Part shown: piece after piece, positions 30,166 to 40,861 of the stretch | How positions within the stretch are numbered: the first letter of the stretch is position 1 | How the letters are laid out: every line of letters starts with the position of its first letter | Assembly: GCA_963665115.1 (NCBI GenBank) | Contig: OY762007.1 | Location: 2,560,001-2,624,000, forward strand | Direction of reading: 5' to 3' | DNA from: an uncultured Rivularia sp. | Lineage (GTDB): Bacteria; Cyanobacteriota; Cyanobacteriia; Cyanobacteriales; Nostocaceae | Length of the DNA: 64,000 nt | Made by a program: the position numbers and the translations under genes | The notes under the pieces: model-generated | The model's database searches: none | The model's input: only the letters and a program-made list of their open reading frames with translations | What the model was told of the DNA's origin: nothing

Positions 30166-30273
30166 AGGACTTACGCAAAAGGAACGAAATTACGTCATTA
30201 TTAGCTGCGCGAAGTAATCTCTCCAGAAGCTGAGAGTTCTGGTCGCAATGACAATTTCAGATGCGTAAGTCCT
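30166..30273. mobile_element. MITE-like element with 12-bp terminal inverted repeats AGGACTTACGCA / TGCGTAAGTCCT
   Basis: Perfect TIRs, non-coding interior. Confidence 0.7.
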
Positions 30274-30349
30274 GATACAGGTTAAAAAGGTGATAAATTG
30301 AGAAAGTATGAATCCAGAAAATACAGACAAATTAATATCTCAATAATTT

Positions 30350-31015
30350 TCACTTGATAATCCATTTTCGCCAATCAACATTACTATCTTCACATGGTTG
30401 ATATAATTCCGGTTTACCAGATGCAAGCACCTCAGCAATCGCTTGCATAGATTTAATTCGACTCGGCAGAGAAAATTCCGAATTAGGGTTATAAACGTCG
30501 GGATGATGCCAATTATCAAGTTGAATAATTTGACCTAATACAGCCGGTACTATTTCTCTTAATTCTGTTTCAGGTGCTAAAATTTTCTCCCGATATCTAT
30601 CCGTAAGATAAACCATCAAGTCAAAATCAATATAATCCGACAGATGAGGATTTCTGTCAATTTCACTTGAATTAATCATAAATTGTTCTTCCCGAATCGT
30701 TACTGATATAGATTCGGGAATTTCATCATCTTCTTCTAATTCATTCAATGGATATTTAACCGGATAATAAGTAACAAAAGGTTCGTTTATCAAAATACGG
30801 CTTCCAAATGCAGAAATCATCAGCACTGGTTCAACGCCATTTAAACTATACCAACTAACAACTTGTTCTATAGTCAAAGCCCAATCTTCATCGTTTCTGA
30901 ATCCGGTTAGACGAGCAGTGACCATATCGTAATTCATATTATCAAAACCAGGAAAATCCAATTTCCCTGCTGCTTTGTCCAGACAGTTGAGAATATTATC
31001 TGTAGTAATTGTCAT
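30350..31015 (-). CDS. Hypothetical acidic protein (DUF7003-like; possibly an immunity-type protein)
   Basis: 221 aa; ARLTGFR...DWAL.IE, WHHPD and SNVDWRKW motifs. Confidence 0.65.
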   Translation of the reverse strand: MTITTDNILNCLDKAAGKLDFPGFDNMNYDMVTARLTGFRNDEDWALTIEQVVSWYSLNGVEPVLMISAFGSRILINEPFVTYYPVKYPLNELEEDDEIPESISVTIREEQFMINSSEIDRNPHLSDYIDFDLMVYLTDRYREKILAPETELREIVPAVLGQIIQLDNWHHPDVYNPNSEFSLPSRIKSMQAIAEVLASGKPELYQPCEDSNVDWRKWIIK

Positions 31016-31130
31016 ATGATATCAAATAACTTTTCTTAAGATAGCACTTAGCACCAATAACTACATTAATCTTTCGTGAAGAGTGTTATTCAAAAAGGGA
31101 AATCATAATTTGCTCAGACAATTTATTACT

Positions 31131-31880
31131 ATGATTAATCCCAGTGAAGTCTACGATTTAATGTTGGATTATGCTACTGAAAAGACTCAAATAAAAGAAA
31201 TTATCATCGGTTTAACTTGGACTTTATGTTTAGCCGAAGGTGCTGGTTTATGCATGAGTCCGGGAATGCTGACTCGCACTTTACCTTTTTCAGGAAATTT
31301 AGTAAATAAACCAATTTCCGATTTAGCTCCTTGGTTGCGTTCGTGGAATCCCTATCAAGCAACTATAGGTATGGCTGCGATTAATTCTATAATAAATTCT
31401 TCTTCAAAATTACCTGATACTGGTACGCTTTTATCTCCAGATAGTTCGGCAAATTTAGCAGTATTCGAGCATTTTTTACCTCAAATTCGCAACAAAAACG
31501 TTTGCATAATTGGACGCTATCCGGGATTAAATAAGTATTCCGAAGAAATGCAAATGAAAGTAATAGAATTGAATCCGGGGCCAGAAGATTTCCCCGCACC
31601 AGCTTCAGAATATTTGCTCCCAGAAGCCGAATGGGTATTTTTAACTGCAACTTCTATTGCTAATAAAACATTTCCTCGCTTAGTTCAATTAGCAAAAAAT
31701 TCTAAATTAGTTTTAATGGGACCAACTCTTCCTTGGTTGCCAGAATTAAAACAATTAGGAATCGATTATTTAGCAGGAGTTAAAGTTACTAATTTACCAG
31801 CTTTAAGAGAAACGGTTGCAGAAGGAGGTGGTGTGAGAATCTTTGAAACTGGTATTCAATATAGTGTAGTTGAGTTGTGA
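31131..31880 (+). CDS. DUF364 Rossmann-like domain protein
   Basis: IGMAAINS, IIGRYP, LTATSIANKT..RL, MGPT. Confidence 0.82.
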   Translation: MINPSEVYDLMLDYATEKTQIKEIIIGLTWTLCLAEGAGLCMSPGMLTRTLPFSGNLVNKPISDLAPWLRSWNPYQATIGMAAINSIINSSSKLPDTGTLLSPDSSANLAVFEHFLPQIRNKNVCIIGRYPGLNKYSEEMQMKVIELNPGPEDFPAPASEYLLPEAEWVFLTATSIANKTFPRLVQLAKNSKLVLMGPTLPWLPELKQLGIDYLAGVKVTNLPALRETVAEGGGVRIFETGIQYSVVEL

Positions 31881-31929
31881 ATGAGAATTAGGAGTGAGTT
31901 ATTATATTTCTAAATTAATATTTTGCACC

Positions 31930-32090
31930 TACACCCTATAAGGGTGAGGCTACACAAACAAAGCCTGCCTACGCAGGCTAATAATCCGAGAAATTAATAC
32001 TTTTAAATAAAATTTGAGTCAATGAAGATGAATATTATTAGCCCACACAGGTGGGCTTTGTTCATGTAGCCCCACTCTTCTGGAGTGAGG
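31930..32090. repeat. Inverted pair of cyanobacterial dispersed repeats (GGCTACACAAACAAAGCC / GGCTTTGTTCATGTAGCC)
   Basis: Inverted arrangement; partial copy at 45610-45643. Confidence 0.55.
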
Positions 32091-32101
32091 GATTAATTTC
32101 G

Positions 32102-32138
32102 GCGTTACGCCCTTCGGGCGTTTAGCTTTGCTAATCGC
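32102..32138. repeat. SDR5-like repeat inserted in HIP1
   Basis: GCG + hairpin insert + ATCGC, similar to 18966-19000. Confidence 0.65.
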
Positions 32139-32324
32139 CATCTTCATTATTTCTTCATCTGTCATAATTAGTTATTAGTTGTTAGTTGTTAGTTGTTAGC
32201 AATTATCAGCGATATATAAAGCATTTATACAAGTTTTTAATTTTAAGCGAAAGCTAATAAAGATTTGGGGACAAAATTCCGTTAAATTACGACTACAGAA
32301 TCATACACCCAATTACCAATTACC

Positions 32325-33725
32325 ATGATAATAGACAGTTTCAGGGCTAAATTACGTAAGGAAGCGCAACTTTGGCGAGATGAAGGAATTATACAGGATT
32401 CTGTGTACGAGCAATTATCCGAAAGATATCAATTTAATAGTTTAGATAGTGTTTCTCAAGACCGCTTTATTTTTATTTTGATTGGTGTTGGCTGTATACT
32501 TGTTGGCTTAGGGGCAATTACTTTTGTTGCGGCTAATTGGCAATCATGGTCGCGTGAAGTAAAGTTAGTCTTATTATTAAGTCTATTTTTTGCCACAAAT
32601 ATTGTTGGCTTTTTCTTGTGGAGAGAACCTGTATTTGATAATGCGGGAAAAAAAAGACGACAGCGCAAGCGAATATTCGGGCATGGTTTATTACTTTTAG
32701 CGGCTTTACTTTTAGGCGCAAATATGGCGTTTATGGCGCAGACATTCCATCTCAGTGGCTCCAATTTTGAGTTGTATTTGTACTGGGGAATCGGCGTTTT
32801 AGTAATGGCTTATAGCTTGCGCTTGGCTTCCCTGGGTGTATTTGCGTTCGTCTTAATTAACATTGGATACTGGACGGGAAGATGGGAATTATGGAGTAGT
32901 TTTAATCAATTGTCTTTGACGCAAATGATGATACATTATATGCCGATTCTTTTCTTGGTATTGTTTGTTCCTTTAGCGTATATCTGTAAGTCGCGATGGA
33001 TTTTCGCATTATCTACAATCAGTTTTGCTACTTCATTACAATTAAATTTTAATAGATATTCAACAGCTTGGATTAGTTCTTTTGCTTTTGCACTTCCGCC
33101 AGCTTTGTTATGGAGTTATGATGATTTATTCTTCCCCAGAGTCAATCAAAGATGGTTTCAACCTGTTGCTCGTAATGTAGCGCTGCTGTTTTTGGGCATT
33201 TTATTTTATGTGCTTTCTTTCCGGGGGTATTGGAAATATTCTCATTATTCTTATAATAACAACTATTCAATACCCAATTTATTTTTACTCATAGATTTAG
33301 GAATTCTTACCGCTTTAGCTATCTATCAATGGTTTCATTTGCTGCGCCCAAACCGCAACCGTCAGCATCAAGGAATCGATATTACTAACATTGGAATTGC
33401 TATTTTTGTTATGATGGCGGGTTTTGCACCAATTTGGAATCAAAGCTTTGCTGGAATGTCGGTTTTAGCAATTTCCGTTTTCAACTTACTTTTAGCATTA
33501 TTAGCTTGCGGAATGATTCGTCAAGGATTGAACTCTAATCAAAGACGCGCATTTTGGGGGGGAATGATATTGTTAACGCTGCAAATCATTACCCGAATGC
33601 TGGAATATGACACCGCTTTATTATTCAAATCTTTAGTTTTCGTATTATGCGGTGTTGCAGTCATCGGTGCAGGATTATGGTTTGAACGCCATTTAAATCA
33701 ATTATCAATGAACAATGAACAATAA
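32325..33725 (+). CDS. DUF2157 predicted membrane protein
   Basis: W..EG.I, G.G.I.FVAANW, GAN...AQ.FH; many TM helices. Confidence 0.85.
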   Translation: MIIDSFRAKLRKEAQLWRDEGIIQDSVYEQLSERYQFNSLDSVSQDRFIFILIGVGCILVGLGAITFVAANWQSWSREVKLVLLLSLFFATNIVGFFLWREPVFDNAGKKRRQRKRIFGHGLLLLAALLLGANMAFMAQTFHLSGSNFELYLYWGIGVLVMAYSLRLASLGVFAFVLINIGYWTGRWELWSSFNQLSLTQMMIHYMPILFLVLFVPLAYICKSRWIFALSTISFATSLQLNFNRYSTAWISSFAFALPPALLWSYDDLFFPRVNQRWFQPVARNVALLFLGILFYVLSFRGYWKYSHYSYNNNYSIPNLFLLIDLGILTALAIYQWFHLLRPNRNRQHQGIDITNIGIAIFVMMAGFAPIWNQSFAGMSVLAISVFNLLLALLACGMIRQGLNSNQRRAFWGGMILLTLQIITRMLEYDTALLFKSLVFVLCGVAVIGAGLWFERHLNQLSMNNEQ

Positions 33726-33733
33726 TTAAAAAC

Positions 33734-34360
33734 ATGAATTCTCAACCTTCTTCCGATTCTCAGCCAAATTCACCCTCAACTAATCAACCCGTACCAATTC
33801 TCAGGTTTTTAATACCCTTATTAATCCAAGCTGGGTTACTTTTCGCGATACCAGCGCAATCCGCTTACACTTATCTGACAGGTAAAACGGTGATTTTGCA
33901 AACTGTACCCGTAGATCCTTACAATATATTGACAGGTTACTACGTTACTTTGAATTATGACATTTCGACACAAAATACTTTAGAAAAACTCCCCGATAGC
34001 AAAAAGATATTAGAAGATGGGAATAGTTTTTATGTAATTCTTCAAGAACAAAAATCTATTGATGAAAAAATTCCTAAAGCTTGGAAACCAGTAGGGTTAA
34101 GTGCAAAACTTCCTGATTCGCTTCCTAATAATCAAGCCGCTTTAAAAGGTAAATATAGATATGGTTCTATAAAATATGGTTTAGAAAAATATAATATTCC
34201 AGAAGATCAACGCAATCAAATTAACAATAATATATCTCAAGCTAGCCGTAGCGCAACAGAAAGGGATAAACAACCTATCGTGGTAGAAGTCAAAATTGAC
34301 TCCCAAGGTAAAGCTGTTCCTATAAGTCTATGGGTGAAAGAACGTAATTATCGGTTTTGA
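33734..34360 (+). CDS. GDYXXLXY-domain membrane-anchored protein
   Basis: PVDPY.IL.GYYVTLNY and YGLEKY.IPE; usual partner of DUF2157. Confidence 0.85.
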   Translation: MNSQPSSDSQPNSPSTNQPVPILRFLIPLLIQAGLLFAIPAQSAYTYLTGKTVILQTVPVDPYNILTGYYVTLNYDISTQNTLEKLPDSKKILEDGNSFYVILQEQKSIDEKIPKAWKPVGLSAKLPDSLPNNQAALKGKYRYGSIKYGLEKYNIPEDQRNQINNNISQASRSATERDKQPIVVEVKIDSQGKAVPISLWVKERNYRF

Positions 34361-34587
34361 CCGCGAGCAGTTATGATTTATTTTTATAGAGCCATTTCGC
34401 AGTGCGTTAACGAAGTGTGTCCGTCAGGACATGCGTCTCGCTCGCTCGTCATAACCAGGGAGCGAGACGCTCCTACTTCCGGGTACCCATTACAATTCAT
34501 GTGGCGGAGTAGTAGTGTTAGCTTTTTATCGAAAATATTGATTTGAATGTAAACTTATAAATTTAAAACTACTCACCGTCAACTGAT

Positions 34588-34827
34588 TCAATCTTCGTGA
34601 CGTAATTGCCAAGCTGCACCGAAAGCCGCTCCGGCTCCTGCAAGCAAGCCAGTACTCATTCCCTGTATCGTTTTACTAACAGGATTTTGAATTAAACATT
34701 CACTCGTCACTTCAGTAGCTTTCAAACACATGGTGCTTTTAGCCCAGCTAGAGGTACCACCCAGCACCACACCAGCTACGCTACAGGAAACAACTAATAA
34801 TAAAAGGCGTTTAGTCTTTCTATCCAT
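34588..34827 (-). CDS. Small membrane hypothetical protein
   Basis: 79 aa; two hydrophobic Gly-rich segments with a Cys pair between them. Confidence 0.65.
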   Translation of the reverse strand: MDRKTKRLLLLVVSCSVAGVVLGGTSSWAKSTMCLKATEVTSECLIQNPVSKTIQGMSTGLLAGAGAAFGAAWQLRHED

Positions 34828-35332
34828 AGATAGGTTTTTTTTAATCTTAAGGAATAATTCTTCTATCCACTGTACATAAAAATTGATGCATTGTCAGGAT
34901 AGTTTGTATAAAATAATGCCTTTTTCTTGTTGTTTTTGCTTCAGATGAAAATATTTGCGATTGTAATTTGAACGGGACTCTTAACTGGGTACGTCTTCCC
35001 CGAGTGCATAAAAACTAAAAGCCACCCCCTAAATAGTAATATGCACCGAGATTAACGAACAGATTTTACGGTGTCAATATATACTAACTAGTGTGGTGAT
35101 AATGACTAATATTACTTTCGCTGAAAATCTTCAGTTTGATAATAAGAGCGGCGAATTGAAACTGGCTTGAGATTGTGACTGGAGCGCTACAAAATAGTTA
35201 TTTCTATCTCAGCAACTTCCGAAATCATGCAGAATATAACGAAAATTGTGTAATCTTCACTTATTAGTTTAAATTACATCAAGTTTGTAGGGTGCGTTAT
35301 TACTGAAGCAATAACGCACCTTATCGCGTATT

Positions 35333-36052
35333 TTAAATAAACCGCATTTTCGATTTAGTTAAAACCATTGTGGCTGCTAATCCGATAAATATAGTTACGG
35401 GTAAACCTGATTCAGGTACTCTCCTTCTGCGTTTTGGCTCATCTTTTTTCGCGTAGGTGTAGGAAACCATTACATTAGCACCTGCATAAGTTTCAAAACG
35501 AGCTGACAGATTACCCGCACCTGTAGCTGTTGAGTTACCTATAGCTTCAAGCAATAATTTAAAACTGCCATCGCCAACGAAAGGTGTAAAATCATCCGTG
35601 GTGGTGAAAAAAGTCGATTCTTTTTTGGTATTAGAAATTCCAGTTAATTTAACGCCCGAAGTACCATCAAAATCAAATGTTCCATCGTATGCGTCCAACT
35701 TTTGCTCAACAGATGCAGTGGGTAAAGCTACTAGTAATAGGGAATCATCAGGTTTTTTTAAACTTAAACTAATTTCTGCGGCAAGATTTCCAGTAACTAG
35801 TGCGGCATGAGCGTCTTCATTTTCTAAATTTATCGAACCTTGAACATCACCGCTCAATTCAAATAAAACACTTTCTAATTCGCCTAAACTGCTATCAAAT
35901 TTAGGTAAGGTTATTTGTTTTTTAAAGGTCGTTTTTTCTAAATCTACAGATTTTTGATAAGTCAGTGTAGTTGCTTGTACTGTATTTATCGGCGCTAATA
36001 TTGCAGCAAAAGCTGTCACCATAACTTTAGCTTTGGAAATGGATAGATGCAT
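35333..36052 (-). CDS. PEP-CTERM-type exported protein (choice-of-anchor E-like)
   Basis: Signal peptide, LPKFDSSLG.L, C-terminal VPE + TM + basic tail. Confidence 0.8.
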   Translation of the reverse strand: MHLSISKAKVMVTAFAAILAPINTVQATTLTYQKSVDLEKTTFKKQITLPKFDSSLGELESVLFELSGDVQGSINLENEDAHAALVTGNLAAEISLSLKKPDDSLLLVALPTASVEQKLDAYDGTFDFDGTSGVKLTGISNTKKESTFFTTTDDFTPFVGDGSFKLLLEAIGNSTATGAGNLSARFETYAGANVMVSYTYAKKDEPKRRRRVPESGLPVTIFIGLAATMVLTKSKMRFI

Positions 36053-36364
36053 AATTATTTAACCTATATATTGTTTGCGTTTTTATGACTGTTTATTCAA
36101 CGCACCCGCTTACTCTAGAAAAGAGATTAATTTAGTTAAAAAAAATAAGCAATATTACTTAAGTATATTCATGAAATATTTACAAAAAAACTCCGGATAT
36201 ATCCAGATATATGTTTTTTATGTAAGTAAAAGCAAAAATAATATTATTAGTTAATTTCGTTGGTAAAAGCTTTATAAATCAACAGTTAATACTTTATAAA
36301 CTAGATTATTTTAAATGTATTGCTTGAATTGCTAAGTAGCTATGGTGTTTTTACTGATTTCTAA

Positions 36365-36680
36365 GTAGGTTGGGTTAGGCACACGAATAAATATAGTCAT
36401 TCCAATTAATTCCCGTAGTGCGAGCATCTTGCTCGCTCGGTACTAGCGAGCAAGATGCTCGCACTACAAATCAATCGGTTTCTATTTAGAATCGCTATAT
36501 AGCTTGTAACGAAAAATTATATTTGAGCCGTAACCCAACATTGGATTCTCGATGCGGAGAATAATCTTTGTACGCAATTGTGATGTTGGGTTACGACATG
36601 ATTAAAGTAGATTGTCGCTACGACAAAATTTGTTTATGTCCGGAGGACAAGCTTCGCTAACGTGTTTAACCCAACCTACT
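36365..36680. repeat. Nested cluster of palindromic repeats
   Basis: GTAGGTTGGGTTAG...AACCCAACCTAC outer pair; inner TATAGTCATTCC...GAATCGCTATA element; innermost GTAGTGCGAGCATCTTGCTCGC inverted pair. Confidence 0.7.
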
Positions 36681-36719
36681 AAATATATTTGATAATTGAT
36701 AATTGTTCATTGATTTGAT

Positions 36720-38549
36720 TTATTCAATTATCAAATTAAAAGGCAAGCGAGCATATACATCTGAAGGGTCATTCATGTTTTGTAAAGCTGCTATTTCTAC
36801 TTGTAATTTATCAAATTCAACTGTTAAAGGATGGTTTGCTTTAAGCGGGCTTTTGTTAACTTTAAAAACACTTTGAGTCTCTTCTGAAACCTTACCAAAA
36901 AATCTTTCGCTAAAGCTGCTGGCTCTGGGATACTCTTCCAATTGCCATTTATCTCCTAATTTTGCTTCTGTCGCAGCATATTCAATCGCAGCATCTAAAC
37001 CGCCGATTTCATCCACCAAACCAATATCTTTCGCAGCTTTACCAGACCAAACTCTTCCTTGAGCAATTTCTGCAACCTTTTTTTCTGGTAAATTTCTACC
37101 TTTGGCTACTTTATTTAAGAACTTACCATAAATTCTATTGACGCTACTTTGAAAAATCGCTAATTCTGCTTCAGATTGGGGACGAGTCGTAGTTCCAATA
37201 TCAGCATATTTTCCGGTTTTGACGCTATCCCAAGTAATACCGTTGTCGTTGGCTAATTTTTGGAAATTGGGTATGCTTCCAAATACACCAATCGAACCCG
37301 TAATGGTATTTGGTTCGGCAAAAATGCGGTTTGAATCTACAGCTATCCAGTAACCACCAGATGCCGCAGTATCTCCCATTGATACCACAACTGGTTTAAC
37401 ATCGCGAGTCAGTCTAACTTCTCGCTGAATTATTTCGGATGCGGTAGCGCTACCACCCCCAGAATTCACCCGCAAAACCACCGCTTTGACATCTTTATCT
37501 TGACGCAGACGACGGAAAATTTTAGCAAAGCGGGTTCCTCCTATTTGTCCTGATTCTCCATTACCGTTGACAATACCACCTTCGGCATAAACTATGGCTA
37601 TTTGATTTTGGGAATTTTTACTTATATTGTTATCGGCAATAGTCGCGTATTCATTTAAATCAATTTGTTTAAAAGATTTTTCTTTACTGTCAGTTTTGGT
37701 TAACTTTTTGAGTTCGGTTACTACTTCGTCAAAATAAACTACCTTATCTACCAAACGGTTGGTTTTAGCTTCATCAGCTTCCAAAATACCTTTACTATCG
37801 GCGATCGCCTGCAATTGTTGGGGAGTCATTTTGCGGCTTTTACCTACAGTACCGCGCCATTCAGACCATAAATCGTCCAATAATTTCTGAATTTGCTCGC
37901 GGTTTTCTGGACTCAATTGTTTCAAAATCAGCGGTTCAACTGCACCTTTAAACTTTCCTACTCGCACAATCTGTACGCCAACGCCAAACTTTTCTAAAGC
38001 TCCAGCCAAAAACATCGGTTGCGAACTCAAACCATTAATTTCCATAGCTCCGTAAGGATTAACCATAACGGTATCGGCTACCGAACTGAGATAATATTCT
38101 TTTTCACCCCATCCGACACCGTAAGCAACAACTTTTTTACCCGAATCGCGAAACTTCGAGAGTGCTTGACGAATTTCTTTGAGAGTTGCAAAACCCGTGC
38201 TTCCTGCTCCCGAAGCATCCCTTGCATCTAAATAAACCCCAACAATTTGCTTGTCAGTGCGGGCTTTTTCCAAAGCGTCCAAAACCGAACGTAGCGTCAT
38301 CTGCTTTTTATAATTACCCGAAAGTGCTTGCTGTAAAACCAAACTGGAATCGGGTTTCCCATCAGTAATTTGAGTTGATAAATCGAACACCAACATCGAA
38401 GAATCCTTTACTTTCGGTGTCGAATCCGTAGAAGAAGCAGCAGCAAAAATTAGCAAGAAAAATCCTACAGTACTTATACCTCCAAAAATAAATAGTCCTA
38501 ATAAACTTCCAATCAAACTCGCAAAAGTTTGTTTAATAAAATTACGCAT
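36720..38549 (-). CDS. sppA: Signal peptide peptidase SppA (long form)
   Basis: VGKFKGAVEP, LRVNSGGGS, SMGDTAASGGYW, ITGSIGVFG, QGRVWSG. Confidence 0.95.
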   Translation of the reverse strand: MRNFIKQTFASLIGSLLGLFIFGGISTVGFFLLIFAAASSTDSTPKVKDSSMLVFDLSTQITDGKPDSSLVLQQALSGNYKKQMTLRSVLDALEKARTDKQIVGVYLDARDASGAGSTGFATLKEIRQALSKFRDSGKKVVAYGVGWGEKEYYLSSVADTVMVNPYGAMEINGLSSQPMFLAGALEKFGVGVQIVRVGKFKGAVEPLILKQLSPENREQIQKLLDDLWSEWRGTVGKSRKMTPQQLQAIADSKGILEADEAKTNRLVDKVVYFDEVVTELKKLTKTDSKEKSFKQIDLNEYATIADNNISKNSQNQIAIVYAEGGIVNGNGESGQIGGTRFAKIFRRLRQDKDVKAVVLRVNSGGGSATASEIIQREVRLTRDVKPVVVSMGDTAASGGYWIAVDSNRIFAEPNTITGSIGVFGSIPNFQKLANDNGITWDSVKTGKYADIGTTTRPQSEAELAIFQSSVNRIYGKFLNKVAKGRNLPEKKVAEIAQGRVWSGKAAKDIGLVDEIGGLDAAIEYAATEAKLGDKWQLEEYPRASSFSERFFGKVSEETQSVFKVNKSPLKANHPLTVEFDKLQVEIAALQNMNDPSDVYARLPFNLIIE

Positions 38550-38759
38550 ATTATCCCCGGTTCTACTAATAAGTATTTACACTTAACCTACTTATGACCT
38601 TTGTAGTTGCACTACCGCGCAACTACCCTTCTTGAAGTTATCCTTTGTATTTCACTTATATTTTATAAATCATCCTTATGTATTTACCTTATATTTCTAA
38701 TGTCCTCTAAAAATATTGTTCCTAACACCGAGAAAATGCTCAATAATTGAGATATAAAA

Positions 38760-39813
38760 TTATTCAACTGTTTTAAGTAAACTATCAGAATGTTGAAGTT
38801 GTTCTAGTGTAGCGTTACCAGTACAGAATAGTACGGTGCTAATTTCCGCAATTAAAACTTTTGCTAGATCGTAAAGTGTAGCCTCAGATGAAGTTGCAGC
38901 TTGTAAAAACGGCATTGCTAACCCGGCGATATCCGCACCTAACGCGATCGCCTTGGGCCACATCCCCACCATGACGCAAACCTCCCGAAGCAATCAAAGG
39001 AATATCGGGTGCAATGTTACGAATTCCGGTGATGCAGTCAGCCGTCGGTACGCCCCAATCGGCAAAGGTTCTACCCAAACGCCGCTGTAAAACATTATCA
39101 GCACGCTCGCTTTCCACCAAAGCCCAAGAAGTACCACCCGCACCAGCTACATCAATTGCAGCAACTCCTGCACCAATCAACTTATAAGCCATCTTCGCTG
39201 AGATTCCATTTCCAACTTCCTTAACAATTACTGGCACTGGTAATTTTTCGCATAAAGTTTCGATTTTGTCCAGCACACCCCGAAAATTAGTATCACCTTT
39301 GGGCTGAATGCATTCTTGTAGCGGGTTGAGATGCAAAATCAGCGCATCGGCTTCCAAAATGTCAACGACTCGCAGACATTCATCTAAACCGTAATTGTAA
39401 TTAAGTTGAATCGCACCCAAATTAGCAAACAATAATATATCGGGAGCATATTTACGAACTGCAAAAGTATCGGAAACATCTGGATTTTCTACCGCAACTC
39501 GTTGAGAGCCCACACCCATAGCCAACCGGTAATGTTGAGCAATTTTTGCTAAGCGATAATTAATAGTTTTAGCTTCTTGGGTTCCCCCAGTCATCGACGA
39601 AATTAATAACGGCGCATTCATAGGTTTCCCTAAAAATGTAGTACTAATATCAATTTCCGAGCGGTCAATTTCCGGTAAACAACAATGGTCAAAATGATAT
39701 CTTTCCAAACCATTAGTAGTTTGACGAAACTGAACATCTTCCTCTAGACAGATGCGGATGTGGTCAGCTTTGCGAGATTCGGTTGCGGCTGAATAATTTG
39801 TAGAAATCTTCAC
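38760..39813 (-). CDS. fni: Type 2 isopentenyl-diphosphate isomerase (+1 frameshift near 38960)
   Basis: [46 protein letters not shown]; continues as KAIALGAD in the second frame. Confidence 0.92.
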
Positions 39814-40055
39814 GGTGGAGACTGGGATTAAAGTTAACTGCTATTTTCTCAGTCTCTAGTATTTTGGGATTTTTTTGAGTTAAATAGGAACTTTTGATTA
39901 CTTTATTAACAATTCGCACAACTTTTTTGTATTTGGGAATTGGGGATTACTTGTAGGGTGTGTTACGGCTACGAGATATTTTCGCTCATAGGTAATAAAT
40001 TTGCGAATGCCGTGACTGGCTCGAATATTTTGCAGACGAAGAAGATATATAATAG

Positions 40056-40084
40056 AAAATAGTCATAATGTACAAAATAGTCAT
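40056..40084 (+). promoter_or_regulatory. Putative TA autoregulatory operator (AAAATAGTCAT direct repeat x2)
   Basis: Copies at 40056-40066 and 40074-40084, just after TATAAT (40048-40053) and before the antitoxin start. Confidence 0.5.
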
Positions 40085-40096
40085 TTTTTGATTTAT

Positions 40097-40360
40097 ATGC
40101 AAAATTACTCGCTTACAGATGCTCGAAATAAACATGGTGAGGTTTTTGATAAAGCCGCTGTTGAACCAGTTTTGTTAACAAAACAATCCCGTCCGAGTCA
40201 TGTAATCATGTCAGCAGAAACTTACCATAAATTAGTTGAGAGATTGGAAGAATTAGAAGATATGGTATTAGCTCAAGAAGCTAATGTTGCTCTTAGTAAT
40301 TCGGAAATGGTGGGGAGTAAAGCTTTTACAAATGCGTTAGAAAATTTAGCAAATGGCTAA
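40097..40360 (+). CDS. Phd/YefM-family antitoxin
   Basis: SLTDARNK, EPVLLTK..RP..VIMS.E.Y..L.E.LEELED. Confidence 0.9.
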   Translation: MQNYSLTDARNKHGEVFDKAAVEPVLLTKQSRPSHVIMSAETYHKLVERLEELEDMVLAQEANVALSNSEMVGSKAFTNALENLANG

Positions 40361-40633
40361 ACTTGATGGTTTAGAAACCGTTCTTGATTTTTTAAACGGT
40401 TTGCAACCGAAAATTGCAGCACAGATTGCGAAAAAGTCTTGGCTTTAAATGTAAATCCTTTACCAACTGATAGTAAATCACTATCTGGTTACGAAAAATA
40501 TTATCGTGTTGATAGCGGTGAATATAGAATAGTTTACAGATTTTCACCTGATGAAGACTTAGTTGAAATCATTTTAGTTGGGAAACGAAACGATGATGAT
40601 GTATATAAACGATTGAAGCGTTTGTTGGGATAG
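40353..40633 (+). CDS. RelE/ParE-family toxin (-1 frameshift in the A-run near 40433)
   Basis: MAKLDGLETVLDFL...IAKK joins LALNVNPLP..SK.L.GY..YYRVDSGEYRIVY..VGKR; ATG overlaps the antitoxin end. Confidence 0.85.
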
Positions 40634-40861
40634 TTATAGTAATTATGCAATGGTTAAATAATTTATAAAATTGCATCTAAATCATGTTTAGAAGAAGAGA
40701 AAAAGTTAAGTAACGTAACGAGCGATCGCCACATCCACAAACACCGCAATCACTTACTCCGTGTTCCTCTGCGCTTACCTTAGCGTGACTCTGCGTTAAA
40801 GTTGAAAATTTATCTAATTCAAAATGTTACCTTAAATAATGTCTTTCGGTGATTTAACTAA

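Noticed and set aside
35000..35050. GTGCATA...TATGCAC inverted repeat as an ncRNA
   Set aside because: It is a single short stem with a long loop, which is insufficient evidence.
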